Below the pieces are notes generated by a model that was given only the letters and a program-made list of their open reading frames with translations, had not been told where the DNA came from and did not search any database. A stretch of DNA of 64,000 nt, taken from the NCBI GenBank assembly GCA_030141605.1, contig JAQGDQ010000118.1, forward strand, positions 1 to 64,000, written 5' to 3'. Positions 28,101 through 41,531 of the stretch are shown here, piece by piece (position 1 is the first letter of the stretch; every line of letters begins with the position of its first letter). The position numbers and the translations under genes were made by a program. The DNA is from Tubiluchus corallicola (taxonomy: Eukaryota > Animalia > Priapulida).

Positions 28101-31100
28101 GAGCGTTCTTGTGTATAACCACCCATATATACTGGTTTTGCACTTCCTAGATCGATTTTGTATTTTATCCCCTTTGCTTGATTTCAAATTTGTAATTGGC
28201 TTTACTTGGAAGCGGCTTGGTTCACTAGCACAATTGAAAACGGCCCCTTTTGATCGGCTTTTTTCTGGATGAAACGAATGCATCAGTCGGTTTTGTTCTG
28301 ACACCCCGAAAACTGTCTGATTGTTTGTGACATAAAAGTCGAGTAATTGCATTCGCTGATGTGTTTTGAATGCCAATTATTGCGTCAAGGCATCTTCAAA
28401 CTGGCTCTTTTAACTCACAAATTATCCCATTTTCCTGATCCATAATAGCAGGCGTTATTGTGTTGAAAACATGGCGTACGTTTTATCGCAAAGTTGCATA
28501 CAGAGGAACACAGTTCCTGCTAGAACTTTGAAGATGTAAAGTCTTTACTTGGTTTTATAACCTGTTTGAAACTAATGTAATACTGATGTCATTATCCAGC
28601 TTATTCAACAATTTGGGATTTTTATTCACATTACGCCTTAAAAGGAAAAAAGATAATGTAATGTAAAATAAAACAACTCTGTTCTGACAGTTATTTAGAT
28701 GTAAATCAAAAAATTGCAGTTTTCTATCTTTTCCATTATCCTTCATTAATTTTACTGAATTACAATTTATTAATGAAAATGCATTATTCAAAGTTGTTTT
28801 TATCTTTATCTGTTAAAACTTTTGGACCTTAGCTGTTTAAGGTTTTATGCTATGAGGCAGTTTTTTTAATTTAATTATTTGCTCTTATCTTAAAGCCCTC
28901 CTGTAATTTTAATCAAAAATTGGAATGCTTTTGATTGAATCTTGGTTTCATAATTTTTTTAGGAAGAAGAAGCACATTTTATGAGAATGGTCAGCATCCT
29001 ACATGACCTTCTTATCTGTAAAACAGAATCGAATGAGAAACGAGAAGAATTAATAAGGTACTTGACAGAATGGAATAGTGACTGTCTTCTTGCTCATTTG
29101 TTTTACTATACCGCTTTTCTCTTTTGTCACAACTATATAAAAATATTAATGATTTTTAATAATATCACTTACAAACTTATTCTTCGTATACAAGTTTTAT
29201 GCTATACGAGAATGCTTCTGTAGGCTGATATGATGTATAAAACATGTATTCCATGAAGAGCGAGCTTGGGAGATTTTTGTTCAATATTACATTCACACTT
29301 TTAAAATTGAACGTTTTGCTGTAAATACACAAAAAGAAAAATTATTTTAGCTTACATTTTAATACCACTAAATTGATTACATTATTACTGCAGCTAAGCT
29401 GCTTCAGTACAGAGCACAACATTTAACCAATGGCGTGCCGGGATTACATTTGTAGCGCATTAGCCATACCAGGCAAGCTTAGCTGCATTTAATTACAGGT
29501 TACAACCAATCAAAAATGGTTGAGCTGCTACAACTTACTGGTTTTGAAAAACTGTGCAATATAAATTTTGTATCATTTTTCTACTACGAAATTATAGCTT
29601 GCATTTTTGCCAGTCAGAACGGTAGAATTTTTCCTAATTCTGGACACTTTTTTGTTAAGAATTTCTGTCATGGTTTAGAAAAATTGAAGTTATCTGTTGC
29701 ATGGTTACTTCACTTTAAATTTTGAAATAATGCTTAATCAGAATTTGATGAAATTGGAAGTGCAGTCGTGTATCAGTCAACACACATTACTTATTTTCTG
29801 CAGTACTTACAGGCGTGTTAATGAAATGTGTACATAACTGGAACAAAAAACAGAGAACGACCAAAGTGGTAAAACAAGAATGATTTTAACGATCACAATT
29901 TATTTTTATTTCTAGCCATACTGTAAACTTGCTGACAAACATGCCACCGACGTGTTACGACGAATTACTCACCCCACTAAATGAGGGCGATTTGGGAGAC
30001 CTGGAAAACAAGGAAATAGAATGTGAAGGACAGAACATGGAAGCCATTGTTGCCCTTATGGAGTTTCTGGAAATTCGACTAGATAAAGTAGAAGAAAAGG
30101 TATTCGTAATCCTTCAACTGTTGTGTTAAGCAAATAAGTGCCAAGAACAGCATTTTTGTTATTATATCTTATTTATGCCTTCGGTACAAACACAAACACA
30201 CTGCCAAATCATTTTTTTGAAAGTTTTCTGATTTTAACGTACATTCATGTGCTGAGAGTGATAAAAATATTATGAAAGTGGTAAAATATTTAGTTGTAAA
30301 TTTTTCAGAAATTGGTGCATTTTTATGAATTTCCTTTCACTTAAGGCTAGGTTATCCAAGAGGCAAATGTCTCTGCGAGCTGTTAAGGTCTATGACTCTG
30401 TTTCCTAACAACCATTAATAGTTATCATGCGTTCGACTGAGTAACTAAGTGAGTATTTGTATATCATAGAAATGCAGGTGTTTATCTTTTGCAGGTAAAA
30501 CGATGACATGTTTTGCAAAAATTGCACCAGTTTCTGAAATTCTACTCGTAATACTTAAGTTGACGACATTTCCCAGACATCCAGAATATGTTACGCATCA
30601 TTACATTATAGCTAAAAGTAACTTTATATTGTTTTTGATACATCCATTTATCAGACCTATATTATTGTATTTTGGACCTTCGCATTATTTATTCTACAGC
30701 TGTTCTGCAGGTGTTTATATGCAATCAGATACGTAATGTCAGAGGCATTTCTGATGTCTGGTAAATGCTGCTTTAGATTTTTTGACATTACTGTGAATAT
30801 GACTTCTTGTTTTGCAGCAAATTCGAAGTCTAAAGGAATCTTTGACACCTATATTAAGCTGTCTATGTGAGAGCAGTAGAAATAATAGAGTTATTCGAAA
30901 GTTTCTTCGTTCGAAGGTTCTACCGCCATTACGCGACGTTGTTCACAGACCCGAAGAGGGATGTACTATGAGAAACAAGTAAGTAGTTTTCTATTTTTTT
31001 ATTCTGTAATGACTTTTAGTTTTGGACTAGTTGTTTTAAATTTAATTTGTCCGAACAACCCATGCAGTAGTTAGTGGGTGGTGTGTAAGTCTGCTAAAAT

Positions 31101-34100
31101 TTGATGTTTACTTAATACAATATTTGTTTAATGCAATATTCATTCTGCTTTTTTGGCCACCTACAGTGTAGTCAATAGTGCTTATTCTGCTGCATTTTTA
31201 TAATTAAAAAGCATTTTAACAACTAAAGTATTTTTCTTAATACAAATTTCAGCCCTTAATTAATTATGCAGCTGAGTTTTACTGATGTCTTGCTACAACT
31301 AGTTATTAGTCCATGAACTCCACTTTAGCTGATTTAAAACAAGTTGTTAAAATAATTGTCGAGTTTTTAGGAATGACATTAAAATATAAATAAATATTTA
31401 TTGAATCGTTTAAACCTTTTTGTAGATATTTAGGTGTTGTTGAACTTTTAAATCATTTATAATTTGTTGATTTGTTGTGAGTGTCCATACCTTTTGAAAT
31501 CTTAGTTACAGCTGCTTGTGTTACAGACTCTGTAGATTGATGACATCGCCAGTAACAGATGTGAAGGACATGGTCGCTGACTTCTTATTCATTTTATGCA
31601 AAGAAAGTGGTAAACTATTTTCATTATATAAAAGTAACTAGCGTTTAATATTTATGAGGTTAGAAGCTGCCCACATAGCTGGATTCTGGTTATGGTGATA
31701 TTTGGCATGAAGAAAAGGTGGTCAGAAGAAATGGGGAATGATCTCACTTAGTAGAAGATTTTCCTATTCATTTATTGGGTGACTTTAATCTTCTATAGGG
31801 AAAATGTTTTAATAAATTCCAGCCAATAAACTCCTGGCTGTGCTACCCGAAAGAAGTTAACGACAACATAATCATTTACGTAATAATGAAAAAAAATAAA
31901 ATCGATGAAAAATAATAATAAATGTTGTTACGAATAATGACACTTTATCTTTCAAGTCGGTCGGTAAATAATGACACTTAGGCGCATGCCACTTTCATAT
32001 TTAGCTATAATTTCAAGCTTTGTTTCCATCGACATCATCCTTTTTTTCTTACCACTACCACTGGCACTTTCTTTTTTCGGACCCATGGTTATTGAATGCG
32101 AATTAACACAAATTCACTCAAAATACACAGCACGAAAACACAAGACAATGGACAAGAGCACAACAAAGCGCTCATGTGATGCTACGATATGCATTCTGGG
32201 AGGACCGCTGTTGGGCGGCACTTTCGATTTTCGTTTTCGTATCTTGAATATTTTTTCATTAAATGGGACGGAAATTTCTTTGAAGCCCGATTCGTATTCT
32301 CAATTTTTTGTATAATAGGTTCCACTGTGAATATAAGTATCAGAACTTCACGTTTAACATCAGTAAAACAGTCATAAACTAACTTTGTTTTTCACTCTTT
32401 TGAGACATCAAATGTAGACAAATTTACATGGTTGACACTTCAGTCTTTTTCAGATATGTGGCTTAGACAAACATACACAGTTCACACCAATCATGCTCAT
32501 GCTGCTTAAGCAAATTTACATAGGCTTTCATGGCTTTAGCTAATTAAGCTTTTCCAAATTGGGAAAAAACACAAAATACAATATTTCTAAGTGGCAAACT
32601 TGGTATTGTGGTTTCAGAAAAGTAGCAGATATTAAAAGCAATGATTAATATCTTTACTAATAAGATAATTAGCTTTTACCGTGAAATTTTGCTTAGGCAT
32701 TCGAGTTTATCCAGTAATTTCAATCAGCCAATGAAACCATAGTGCCAAAGATGGTTTGTGTTATTTGGAACATTATTATACTTGCTTTTGTTGTTTTACT
32801 ATACTTAACTAAGTTTTAGCAATTTTTTTTCTAGTTGGAAGGCTAGTCAAATACACTGGTTATGGAAATGCAGCTGGATTGTTAGCTAGTCGAGGTTTAA
32901 TGGCTGGTGGTCATGGTAACAGAGGCCAATACAGTAGTGACTCTAGTGAATCTGACACAGAGGAGTATGTAAACTTGTTGAAATTATGTGTTTTTGTGCA
33001 AAATCTGTGAGGTAAAAATAGGACTCTATCAGGGTGTTTAAGTATCACGAAATGATCATATTTGTTATGTTTGTATTGTTTCAATAAGGATCTGTAGCAT
33101 GTGTACTTTTATTTAAAAGAAACTATATGCATTGCTCTGTAGTTTTGTAAACTGTTAAAATTTAATGGTAATCAGAATCAGAATAGTTTATTTTGGCTCA
33201 GTAACATAGAAAACTTAAAATGTACAAATGATATAGCAGCCAAGGGAGACAGGGGCGGCAAAAATACCAAAAGGTCATCTAGTCTACCACCCCTACAGTA
33301 AATGATAATATACATTAGAGTAGTTTGCTTTGTGAGCTGTCATATTAAACATTAGAAGTGATCGATGAAAACATTTATATCATGAAACATGAAAAATTAT
33401 GGTTGCTAATATTGAAATTTACACAAAGAAATAGAGAATAAACACATTTGTATATCATCTAACTACTTATTTGGAAACAAACGTACATAGTTGATGATCT
33501 AAATTTGAGATCTCCTGAAATATTTAAATTGTAACTGAATTAATAGTAATCAACTCTATCACTCTATCAGTGTGCATATTAACTGCCAACACGCTTCGTG
33601 GCTTTGGGTCACGTAGCTGCACTTTTGCTATTGTTACAAGGTTAAGTTTGAAATCTATACCAAGATTATAGTGCCCTTGGTGAAGTTTACTAAATTATCT
33701 GCAGTAACTATTTTCCTGACTCCAACACTTGGCAGCCTTTTGAATCATGTTTTATTTAGATCTAGAACAATTAGTCAAACGCAGTCTTATATTAAGGTGA
33801 AATTTCCCTACCTGGATTTCCTTAACTGTTGTTTAAAGGAAAACTGGATGATTGTTCACATGCTACTGCATTTTGAAATACGGTAAAAAGTATATATTTT
33901 AATGCCTATAATAATGCCAAGTACTTCTGGTAATTAAATAATACACTAAAAACTTAATAAACGTCCGGTGAGCCCAATTAGTGGTGACATCACAAGTGAA
34001 ACATAAATTTCAACAGCACAAAAATTCCGTAAGTGTGTTGCGCTTGTTTGCGAAAGTGAAAATCGAAGCACAGTGTACGGTGCTACTGTACAAAATTCAG

Positions 34101-35409
34101 TGTTATACACAAAAACTCCACATATTTTAAGTTTAAAATTCAAATTTCATGTTTACCTTTATGCTCACGCACGAACATGTGCACGTCACAAACGAACACC
34201 TCTAAACTGAGGTATGGAACACATTTCTTGTGCAGCAACTGGTGTCCATCTAACCAACAAATAGTAAAATGCATGTTACAGGAAAGAACTAGCTGCACGA
34301 ATGCAAAATTACCATTCTGTGAAAAAATAGTGTGTCCCCTTTCAATATTTTACGGGGTAGATTGTTTTGAGCTATAGTTTAAAAATGGAGTCCGGTTTTC
34401 CTTTAACATTATATGCTAGTTTTAGTAAAAAATTTTAATTTCACTGGTTTAAGGTGTACTTAAACATTTACCGTAAAAATTATTTAATGCCTAATTAGTT
34501 GAGCATATATGTAATGCAGGTACACGAAAGCGAAAGATCACATTAATCCAGTCACTGGGTACCTAGAACCAGAGCGTCCCGATCCAATGGAGGGCATGAC
34601 GGAAGAACAAAAAGAGTATGAAGCAGTTAAACTTGTACAGCAATTGGACAAATTGACAAGGTATAACAATCATTTTAAAAAGGCCCTTTTTAACAGAAAT
34701 TATGTGTGATGAATAAAATAATGTTTATAGTTCTTAACCAAAACCACTGTTGTCATCAAACCAGTCAGTGATGAGAAGCATGGGTTACTCGTTTATTGAG
34801 TTTCTTCTGCCCAGCTACTTAGTAGTTATTTAAATGCTATTTATTGTGGGTGATGGAATCAGTTTTATGATTGTGTTGTTCAGAATGCCATTTAGCATTG
34901 CCATAGAATCCATTTTTTAGACATGTAGAATATATTACTCTGTTATGGTGCCACAGTATGAAAGCTGGCCAAAAAACATATTATGTGAGCAATGACAACA
35001 AGGAGAACGAGCTCGGTATCATGGCAAAAGCAGTCTGTTGATAAAGTCACATCGCAAACAAATAACATAAAAATAATATTCAGATGTGCAAATTTTTGAG
35101 AAAAAAAGAAATCTGCTGGTAAACCAAATTACTGTCCTAAATGCCAAAAGTTGTTGAAAGAAGTTGGATTTTTCAAGAGCAGCTTTGGATAAAAGTTTTG
35201 ATTTCGTGTCATGTGTTTTTATTTATTGTACTGACAGTAAAAATGGACCTGTTTGCTTACTTGTTTATTATTTTCTTAGGGATGGGATAGTACAGCCTAT
35301 GAGGATAGGACCAGATGGGAAACCTCAAGCCATTGGTCATGTTTTAGAACTTCAGGAATCTGCAACAGTTACCCAAGTGGAGGATAACTCCAATGCTGAT
35401 GACAACTGA
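13198..35409 (+). CDS. RIC8: Ric-8/synembryn, G-alpha chaperone and GEF; 13 exons, ~560 aa
   Basis: Exons 13198-13278, 20686-20733, 22808-23027, 24188-24257, 24961-25089, 26146-26356, 28963-29057, 29916-30099, 30818-30978, 31527-31609, 32835-32964, 34520-34660 and 35280-35409 give 1683 nt in frame. Motifs: [106 protein letters not shown]. Confidence 0.96.
13325..15200 (+). mobile_element. Degraded CR1-clade LINE ORF2 (RT and 3' part), split by a DNA transposon
   Basis: Frameshifted motifs [61 protein letters not shown] and [10 protein letters not shown]; the frame resumes after 14978 with TRGHSYKI. Confidence 0.88.
14053..14974. mobile_element. Non-autonomous Kolobok-like DNA transposon with TTAA TSD
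   Basis: TTAA at 14049-14052 and 14975-14978; TIRs AGGGCGAATATCA / TGATATTCCCCCT; removing it rejoins the CR1 frame. Confidence 0.8.
18328..18515. mobile_element. Palindromic (foldback) MITE
   Basis: ~80-bp arms: GTGCCCCCTTAAGTCTCA...CAGGAGCTTACGTCCT...CTGAAATCAAA versus TTTGATTTCAG...AGGACGTAAGCTCCTG...TGAGACTTAAGGGGCAC. Confidence 0.75.
24541..24810 (+). mobile_element. tRNA-derived SINE with Meta-like central domain
   Basis: tRNA-like head (TAGTCTAGTGGT A box, degenerate B box), central CCGGGTCATACCAAAGACTTTAAAAATGGTACC resembling the MetaSINE domain as I recall it, and an (ATT)n tail. Confidence 0.7.
25527..25724. mobile_element. Palindromic (foldback) MITE
   Basis: GGATTCATGGATGGTAAAGTT...ATATTTCGAAATCCATT versus AATGGATTTCGAAATAT...AACTTTACCATCCATGAATCC. 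Confidence 0.75.
31970..32327 (-). mobile_element. Tigger/pogo transposon 5' remnant
   Basis: Minus strand begins CAGTGGAACCT (Tigger-type TIR start). ATG at 32086 gives [39 protein letters not shown], a Tigger-like N-terminal HTH. Confidence 0.75.
33940..34300. repeat. Interspersed repeat; second copy inverted at ~56450-56770
   Basis: Shared blocks such as GTGCTACTGTACAAAATTCAGTG / CACTGAATTTCTTACAGTAGCAC and TTTGCGAAAGTGAAAAT / ATTTTCGCTTTCGCAAA. Confidence 0.7.
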
Positions 35410-37311
35410 GGCTTCTCTTTATTTAAGCATGAATCAAATTTAAGTAATATAATTGTAAATATTTATTATTTATTGTTACTGTTCAATGTTTGCTCACGTT
35501 TTACGATTGTCATTATGGGGTGGATAGATTTTTGTCCACTGCTGTTATACATAAATGTGCATTACGTGCGTTTATTGTTTCCTACAATTAAATCATTTGG
35601 TCAGTTGTCGCTATTACCGTTTCCACCGAGAATTAACAAGGAAGTTGTGTGTTTAATCTATTCCATTTGTTGAATGTGTTTGTTTGTCTGTATGTACAAG
35701 CGGTATCCTTGACTTCAACAAAATTTTGTGGAGAGACACACTGATGACAAGGTAAAGTTGGTAGGATTTTTTGTAATTACTGTTTGACATTTACTTTGTA
35801 ATCACATTTGACATTTAATGTGATCGCATAGTAGAGCATTGCAGGATCACCTGATGTAGATGGTTGTGGTGGAATCAGAACATAGCTAATTATTGACAAT
35901 AATCATCTAAGAGGAGATATTAGATTGACAGCAGTACTACATCCTCCTCTATAACATAAACGCCAAAGAGGGATATTCCATATGTAACTGTCTTGCTTAC
36001 ATTGCAGGTAGGGTTGCATCAATGCATTTCAGCTCCTTCAATTACCTAGGATGAGTAAATTTAAAGACCATATCGTACAGTAGATACAGAATTTACTTAT
36101 AGCTTTATCAGGGCAAACAGGCACTAAAAGTTGTAAATTACTACTACAACAAAGATACTTGAAATAGTTGACCAATATTAGCAGTTGCAAGCTTAGTAAT
36201 TGTACGTGTGATAGAGCAGCACTGCAATGCATTGCTTTGTAAAATTTATTATCATACTTCAATAGCATGGTGTCTTTTTTAAATCATCAAGCTGCAGTTG
36301 TTGCATAATGCATGTGCATTTGCTTGGAAACCATAGTGTTTGTTATGAATTTTGTCTTACGATACAATATTTTGTACATTGTCAAGATAATTATTACAGT
36401 AACAATGATGTGTGTTGTCAATCCAAATAGCTTCTGCATTTCTACCAGTATCTTTTTGATACATTTTCGGCAATTGGTTGGTGATCATAAGTTATGCGTG
36501 CATGATTATAGAAAATTTTTATGCCAAAACTGTTTTTGAATAATTTCTCAAATTTTATGCTTACTAACTTGTCATATTGTTCTATTTGCTGTAACATTCA
36601 TTGATTGCCATACTGAAAATATTAATTTATACAATATATAGACATAATTATGTAGTTTTGCTGTCATCAATATCATGCTGCCATACCTTATTTTACTACA
36701 GTTATTGGTTTTTGAAGGTAACTGACTGCAGTTATATCAGTTACTGTTATGATGCTCATGGCATCTTTTGCAAGTTTTCAGTTCATGAAAATTTAAATGT
36801 TGATGCACTGATGTGGTAATAAATATTAGATTTACTGCTGTGCAAAGTTGCCTCAAAGCATTATTGAGATGATATGCAAGCCTGATCAATTGACTATAAC
36901 ACTGGCAAATATTTATAAAGAACTTTATGGAAGCTTGTAGTTTTTACTTGTACAGGCTTAATAGAAATGTGCCATCTTATTCATATTCTGTATCATACAA
37001 ACTAAAGTCTTGACATAAAATGTAAATTGTGTAATAAACCAAATGGTTCCTATAACGATCATTATTTTTGATATATTTGTGAGTTGTAGCGACTATTATT
37101 AATAATAGTTGTCATGGCTTGTTTAAGCGTCCGTTACTGTTCGAATCTCCAATGTTAGATAAAGGACAACTGCATGACCTCCCTTATGTAATTACAGATG
37201 GTTACGACACTAGAAGTACAGTAAATGCAATTGTGTACCAAAGTCCTGTTTCTGGCTGGGGTACACTTCCATGTCATGGAAACGAAGGCACATGGAAACG
37301 AGTAATCAATT

Positions 37312-37490
37312 AATCAACGTGTTTATTGAGCGTAAATGACGTTTTGACTGTAATAGTCATTGCCAATGCTAAAATCAAACCAAAAAGGGAATAATTAGTA
37401 CATTGACGATATGTTTTTTGGCTTGCCTTTAGTACTGATAGTGACTGTAACAGTTGAAACGATTGCCTACGCTCAATAAACATGATGATT
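37312..37490. mobile_element. Foldback MITE between the convergent Ric-8 and FKBP4 3' ends
   Basis: AATCAACGTGTTTATTGAGCGTA ... TACGCTCAATAAACATGATGATT, with further degenerate pairing inward. Confidence 0.65.
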
Positions 37491-38643
37491 GCTAGAGGCT
37501 GACTCTTTCACGTAATCAGTTACCGTTCATTAATAAAAAAATGGCATGCAAAAAGAAACAGGTGTTAATAAATAAGTCTATTGTACCGAACTTGCAAAGA
37601 CACAGATTCTTTTACACGAACCTATGCGTATATCACACATTAATTATTAGAGAAACAGAATTCATTACACTAAAGAGCTTTAAGTATTAAATACTTGAAG
37701 CTATTTCAGCAAAAGTTCTTTACATTAGAACACAAATTTCTACTTGTACATGAATTATTGCAACATGTCTTCATGAAGGTGGATTTTTGTATATAATAAC
37801 TGGAAGAACGAAAGTACCCAGAGTTTGGATGTCATGACCTCGTCATTAAACCTGCTATCCTAACAAGAAATGATGAAAATGGGAAAAGCCTGAGAACATT
37901 CTACTAGGCATGTTTTGTTTATTGAACAGGTAAAGGTACGCCAAACGAAATTTTGTACTTCAAGATGAAATAAGGCATGCAATTATATTATTAATTCATC
38001 AGGAGAATCTGGATACATCAAGATGTCAGTAAAATGCAACTAGTAAAGTATTATCATCAAAATTTGCCTTGTACGTAAAGAGAAATGAACCTCAACAGTC
38101 AACAGGGCAGACTTTAAATAAATTAGATTCAGTTAAAAAAGCAAAGTAAAACGTTTGAGGACAATGAACTTCAGTTGCTGTGTGGTCTCTCGTTTCTCAG
38201 AGACAAGAATGTAACTTCAGGACGATGAAAATTTACGACTCCCGAAAAATGTTTACGATATCCAAAATCGTAGTTTTTTTGGCGTGCATTGCTTCACTAC
38301 ACACATTTAAAACAAACGTGATATTTCAGATCACAAATATAAAGAAATGAAGTGACGTCCAGACAGAATAACATAACCTGATTAATACAAATTAGTAAAA
38401 TTTTACTTAAAAAAGTATAATATGGCTTAGAAGACAAAAGGACAAAACTGCTTGAATCAAATTTACCAAAGAATTGAATTTAAATTTCCAAATTATCCAA
38501 CTGTAACCATTTAATGATCCCAGCGCTCGAGCAGAACCAAATCCTCAAATTTGTGCTTCCTATTGCATCTATGAATGGCAAAATTCACAGCAATTCAGTA
38601 GCTCGTTATTCTCCTGTACAATAGAATTCCAGACCAAGTACAG

Positions 38644-41494
38644 CTACTCTGCAATAACTTCCTGATTATTTTGTTCTTGCTGGGTTTGTTCACCCTCTTC
38701 TTCTTCTTCGTCCATTTGTAGATCAGCTGGATCGAATGACTTTGGCAAATCCTGCAAATACATGCATTTTTCTATGCAATGCTATTTTAGTTGAGACACG
38801 CCCATAATGCAAGCCAACACTCTAAGGCATCTCTCAAGCTTAAATCTCATTCTTCCCTTAGTAATACAAGACAATTTGCATATACTATGCACTGAAATGA
38901 AAATGACACAGATAGAGCTTTTTTTCCACAAAGAAATGATATTGTTGCTCACCAAGACACAGAATCTGATCTATTTTACTTTATTTCAATAATAAAAGCT
39001 GTATAAACTTTATCTGGAAGAGCACAAAAGCACATATTCCAAAAAATTGAGTATTTTACTTTCCATCATAACACTGCTGCTAACAATTCGTTAGAATGGC
39101 AGTCTCTAACGTTTGATGTTTTCATGGTAAAGACTGAATGTCAATCAAATGGATTTATTTGAAAAATTCTTTCTATGCATTCAAGATGACAAATAAAAAA
39201 AAATCAATAATTACCGTTTTGCCTTCTCCTGACTTTATTAGCTGAAAAAAATGTTAACGATTAGAAAGCAAAAACATACAATGCATTTTGCATTGATGCA
39301 ACAATCGGAAACTGGAAAATTATAGTTAAAAAATATTTAAAAGCCAAATAAGTAGCTACAAGTGCCACCAATAATTTCTTTAGCGCAATAAACAACCCAT
39401 GAAATCTAAAAATGTTTTTGGTTTTTGTCATTCGATAACCAATAACTGATAAATTAATAACACTAGTAATCAATTTTGCAGCACTCAGACATAATTCTGA
39501 GCATTTGGTGTAGAACTGTGACCTTTTATTTTGAAAAAATTGAAACCGAATTCCTTGCATCTGAGCACATCCTGAGTATCTTACTGGCCAAAATTTGACG
39601 GATATTTTTACCTGCAGAAAGGGCAGTTTTAGTCATAATTAATCATTCCACTGATGAGATTGGATCATTCGGCTTGTATAGTGACAACCTAATCAGATAT
39701 GCTTATTGTTTAGACAAACATTTATTCTATTATTGATTAAATAGTTGTTTTTCAAATTCCTAACTTCATTTTCCAAAAAAGGACAAAATTTCAATTCTTA
39801 ACAAATTTATGACACAGCCCTACTTTAATGTATGATTCCAGTTTATTCTGTCCAGTTAATCATGCAACTATTGTTCGCATTTACTTATTTTTCCCACAGG
39901 ATATTTTTTGTTTTGTCCAGTGGCCCAATCAGTCTCAAGAAAGCCGACATGATGAAACTCGGCACGAAATTCTAATGATATCACACCTGACTTTTAACCA
40001 CTCGCTCGCATTTCTAGTCTATAGGCAGTATTGAAAGTACAGCACATCTTATTACAGTGTTCCCTCACTTAACGCGGGTGTTCCGTTCCAGGCCCACCCG
40101 CGATAAGTGAATTTCCGCAAAGTAGGGACGCTATACTTATTTTAGTAGTTATACACTATTTTAAGCCTTTATAAACCCTCCCCACACTCTTATGCATAAC
40201 ACTTTCCCATTCCCTTAATAACTTTTCACATACTGTACATGTACCTTTTAAAAACTTAGATACGTAATTTTAAAAATTTGATATGGGTACTCACCATTGA
40301 AGATACGTCCTACAGCTAGAATGATGATGATGAATTTTAATATATTTTTATACATTTTGTGATTTTTTTATACAAAATTCATCAAATCTATACATTATTG
40401 TACAATATGTACCATGCATGTGCAAAAATACTTTAGATGGAGTACCGCAAAAACCCGCGAAACAGCGAAAATACCGCGATAAACATTTTACATTAATATT
40501 TTTGAAAACCCACGAAACAGCGAGTCCGCGATAAGCGAACCGCGAAGTAGCGAGGGAACACGTAATACGTTTATTTATCATTATAACCAAAAGGCATAAA
40601 ATTACAAAATATAAAAATTTCTAAAAGAATAAGCAAAGTAGAACATACAACGACAAACACTATTATACAAGACACATTGACCAAATAAATTAAAATGAGT
40701 TTGAACTTATGTTGGGAAGTGAAATAAACCACATGAGATAAAACTGTTCTGCATCTAAAGCATATTTCAAATGGTGGCTAGTACTACATCTATGAGTATG
40801 AGCATCTGGAAATAGAGCATGGACTATATTATTAGGATTTGGAATTCATAGAACAACTTTTTACACGAATTGCACAACTGTTAAATAAAGATTGAAGATT
40901 AGCCAAAATTAGAGCATTTCATTTGGATGATTATTTTCAATGAACATTTTAACAAATCAGAAATATTTTGGGAGAGACATGAGTGCCACACCTGACAAGC
41001 ATATTTAACAACTGGCCTAATCATGCTGCTGTACATTTTTATCATATCATTAGGAGATGTCCCAGCCCTTTTCACTAGTTGCAAAGATATATTCTTTTAC
41101 TAGCTTTATTGTAAATTGAAAGCGCATTTCCTTGTTTTTTATTTGGTATTTCCATTTCTAAGTAGAAAAGCAAGGGCCTACTTTTAAGATTAACAATACA
41201 AACCACAACTATACCTCATCGTGATTTATAAGTTCTATTGATGGCTCTTCGGTTTTAACATCTGGTGCTGGAACATTTTTCTGATTTTTCTGTGGGAAAA
41301 AATAAAACCACTTTCAGAATACTACTATATACAGATAAATATCGTTATAACGTTAATAGCTTAACACAGCTCCCCTTTATAATGCAAACCTCACTTAATG
41401 CCAAAATTTTCAGCAAAACAAAATGTCTATATTTGCATAGACATGTATGTATTAAAGTAAATCGTTATAATGCCAAACTCGCTATAACACTACC

Positions 41495-41531
<37 letters not shown>

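Noticed and set aside
28068-28376. 102-aa minus-strand ORF in a Ric-8 intron
   Set aside because: No motif or splice support; likely chance or a TE remnant.
31971-32315. 114-aa plus-strand ORF
   Set aside because: Antisense shadow of the Tigger transposase remnant.
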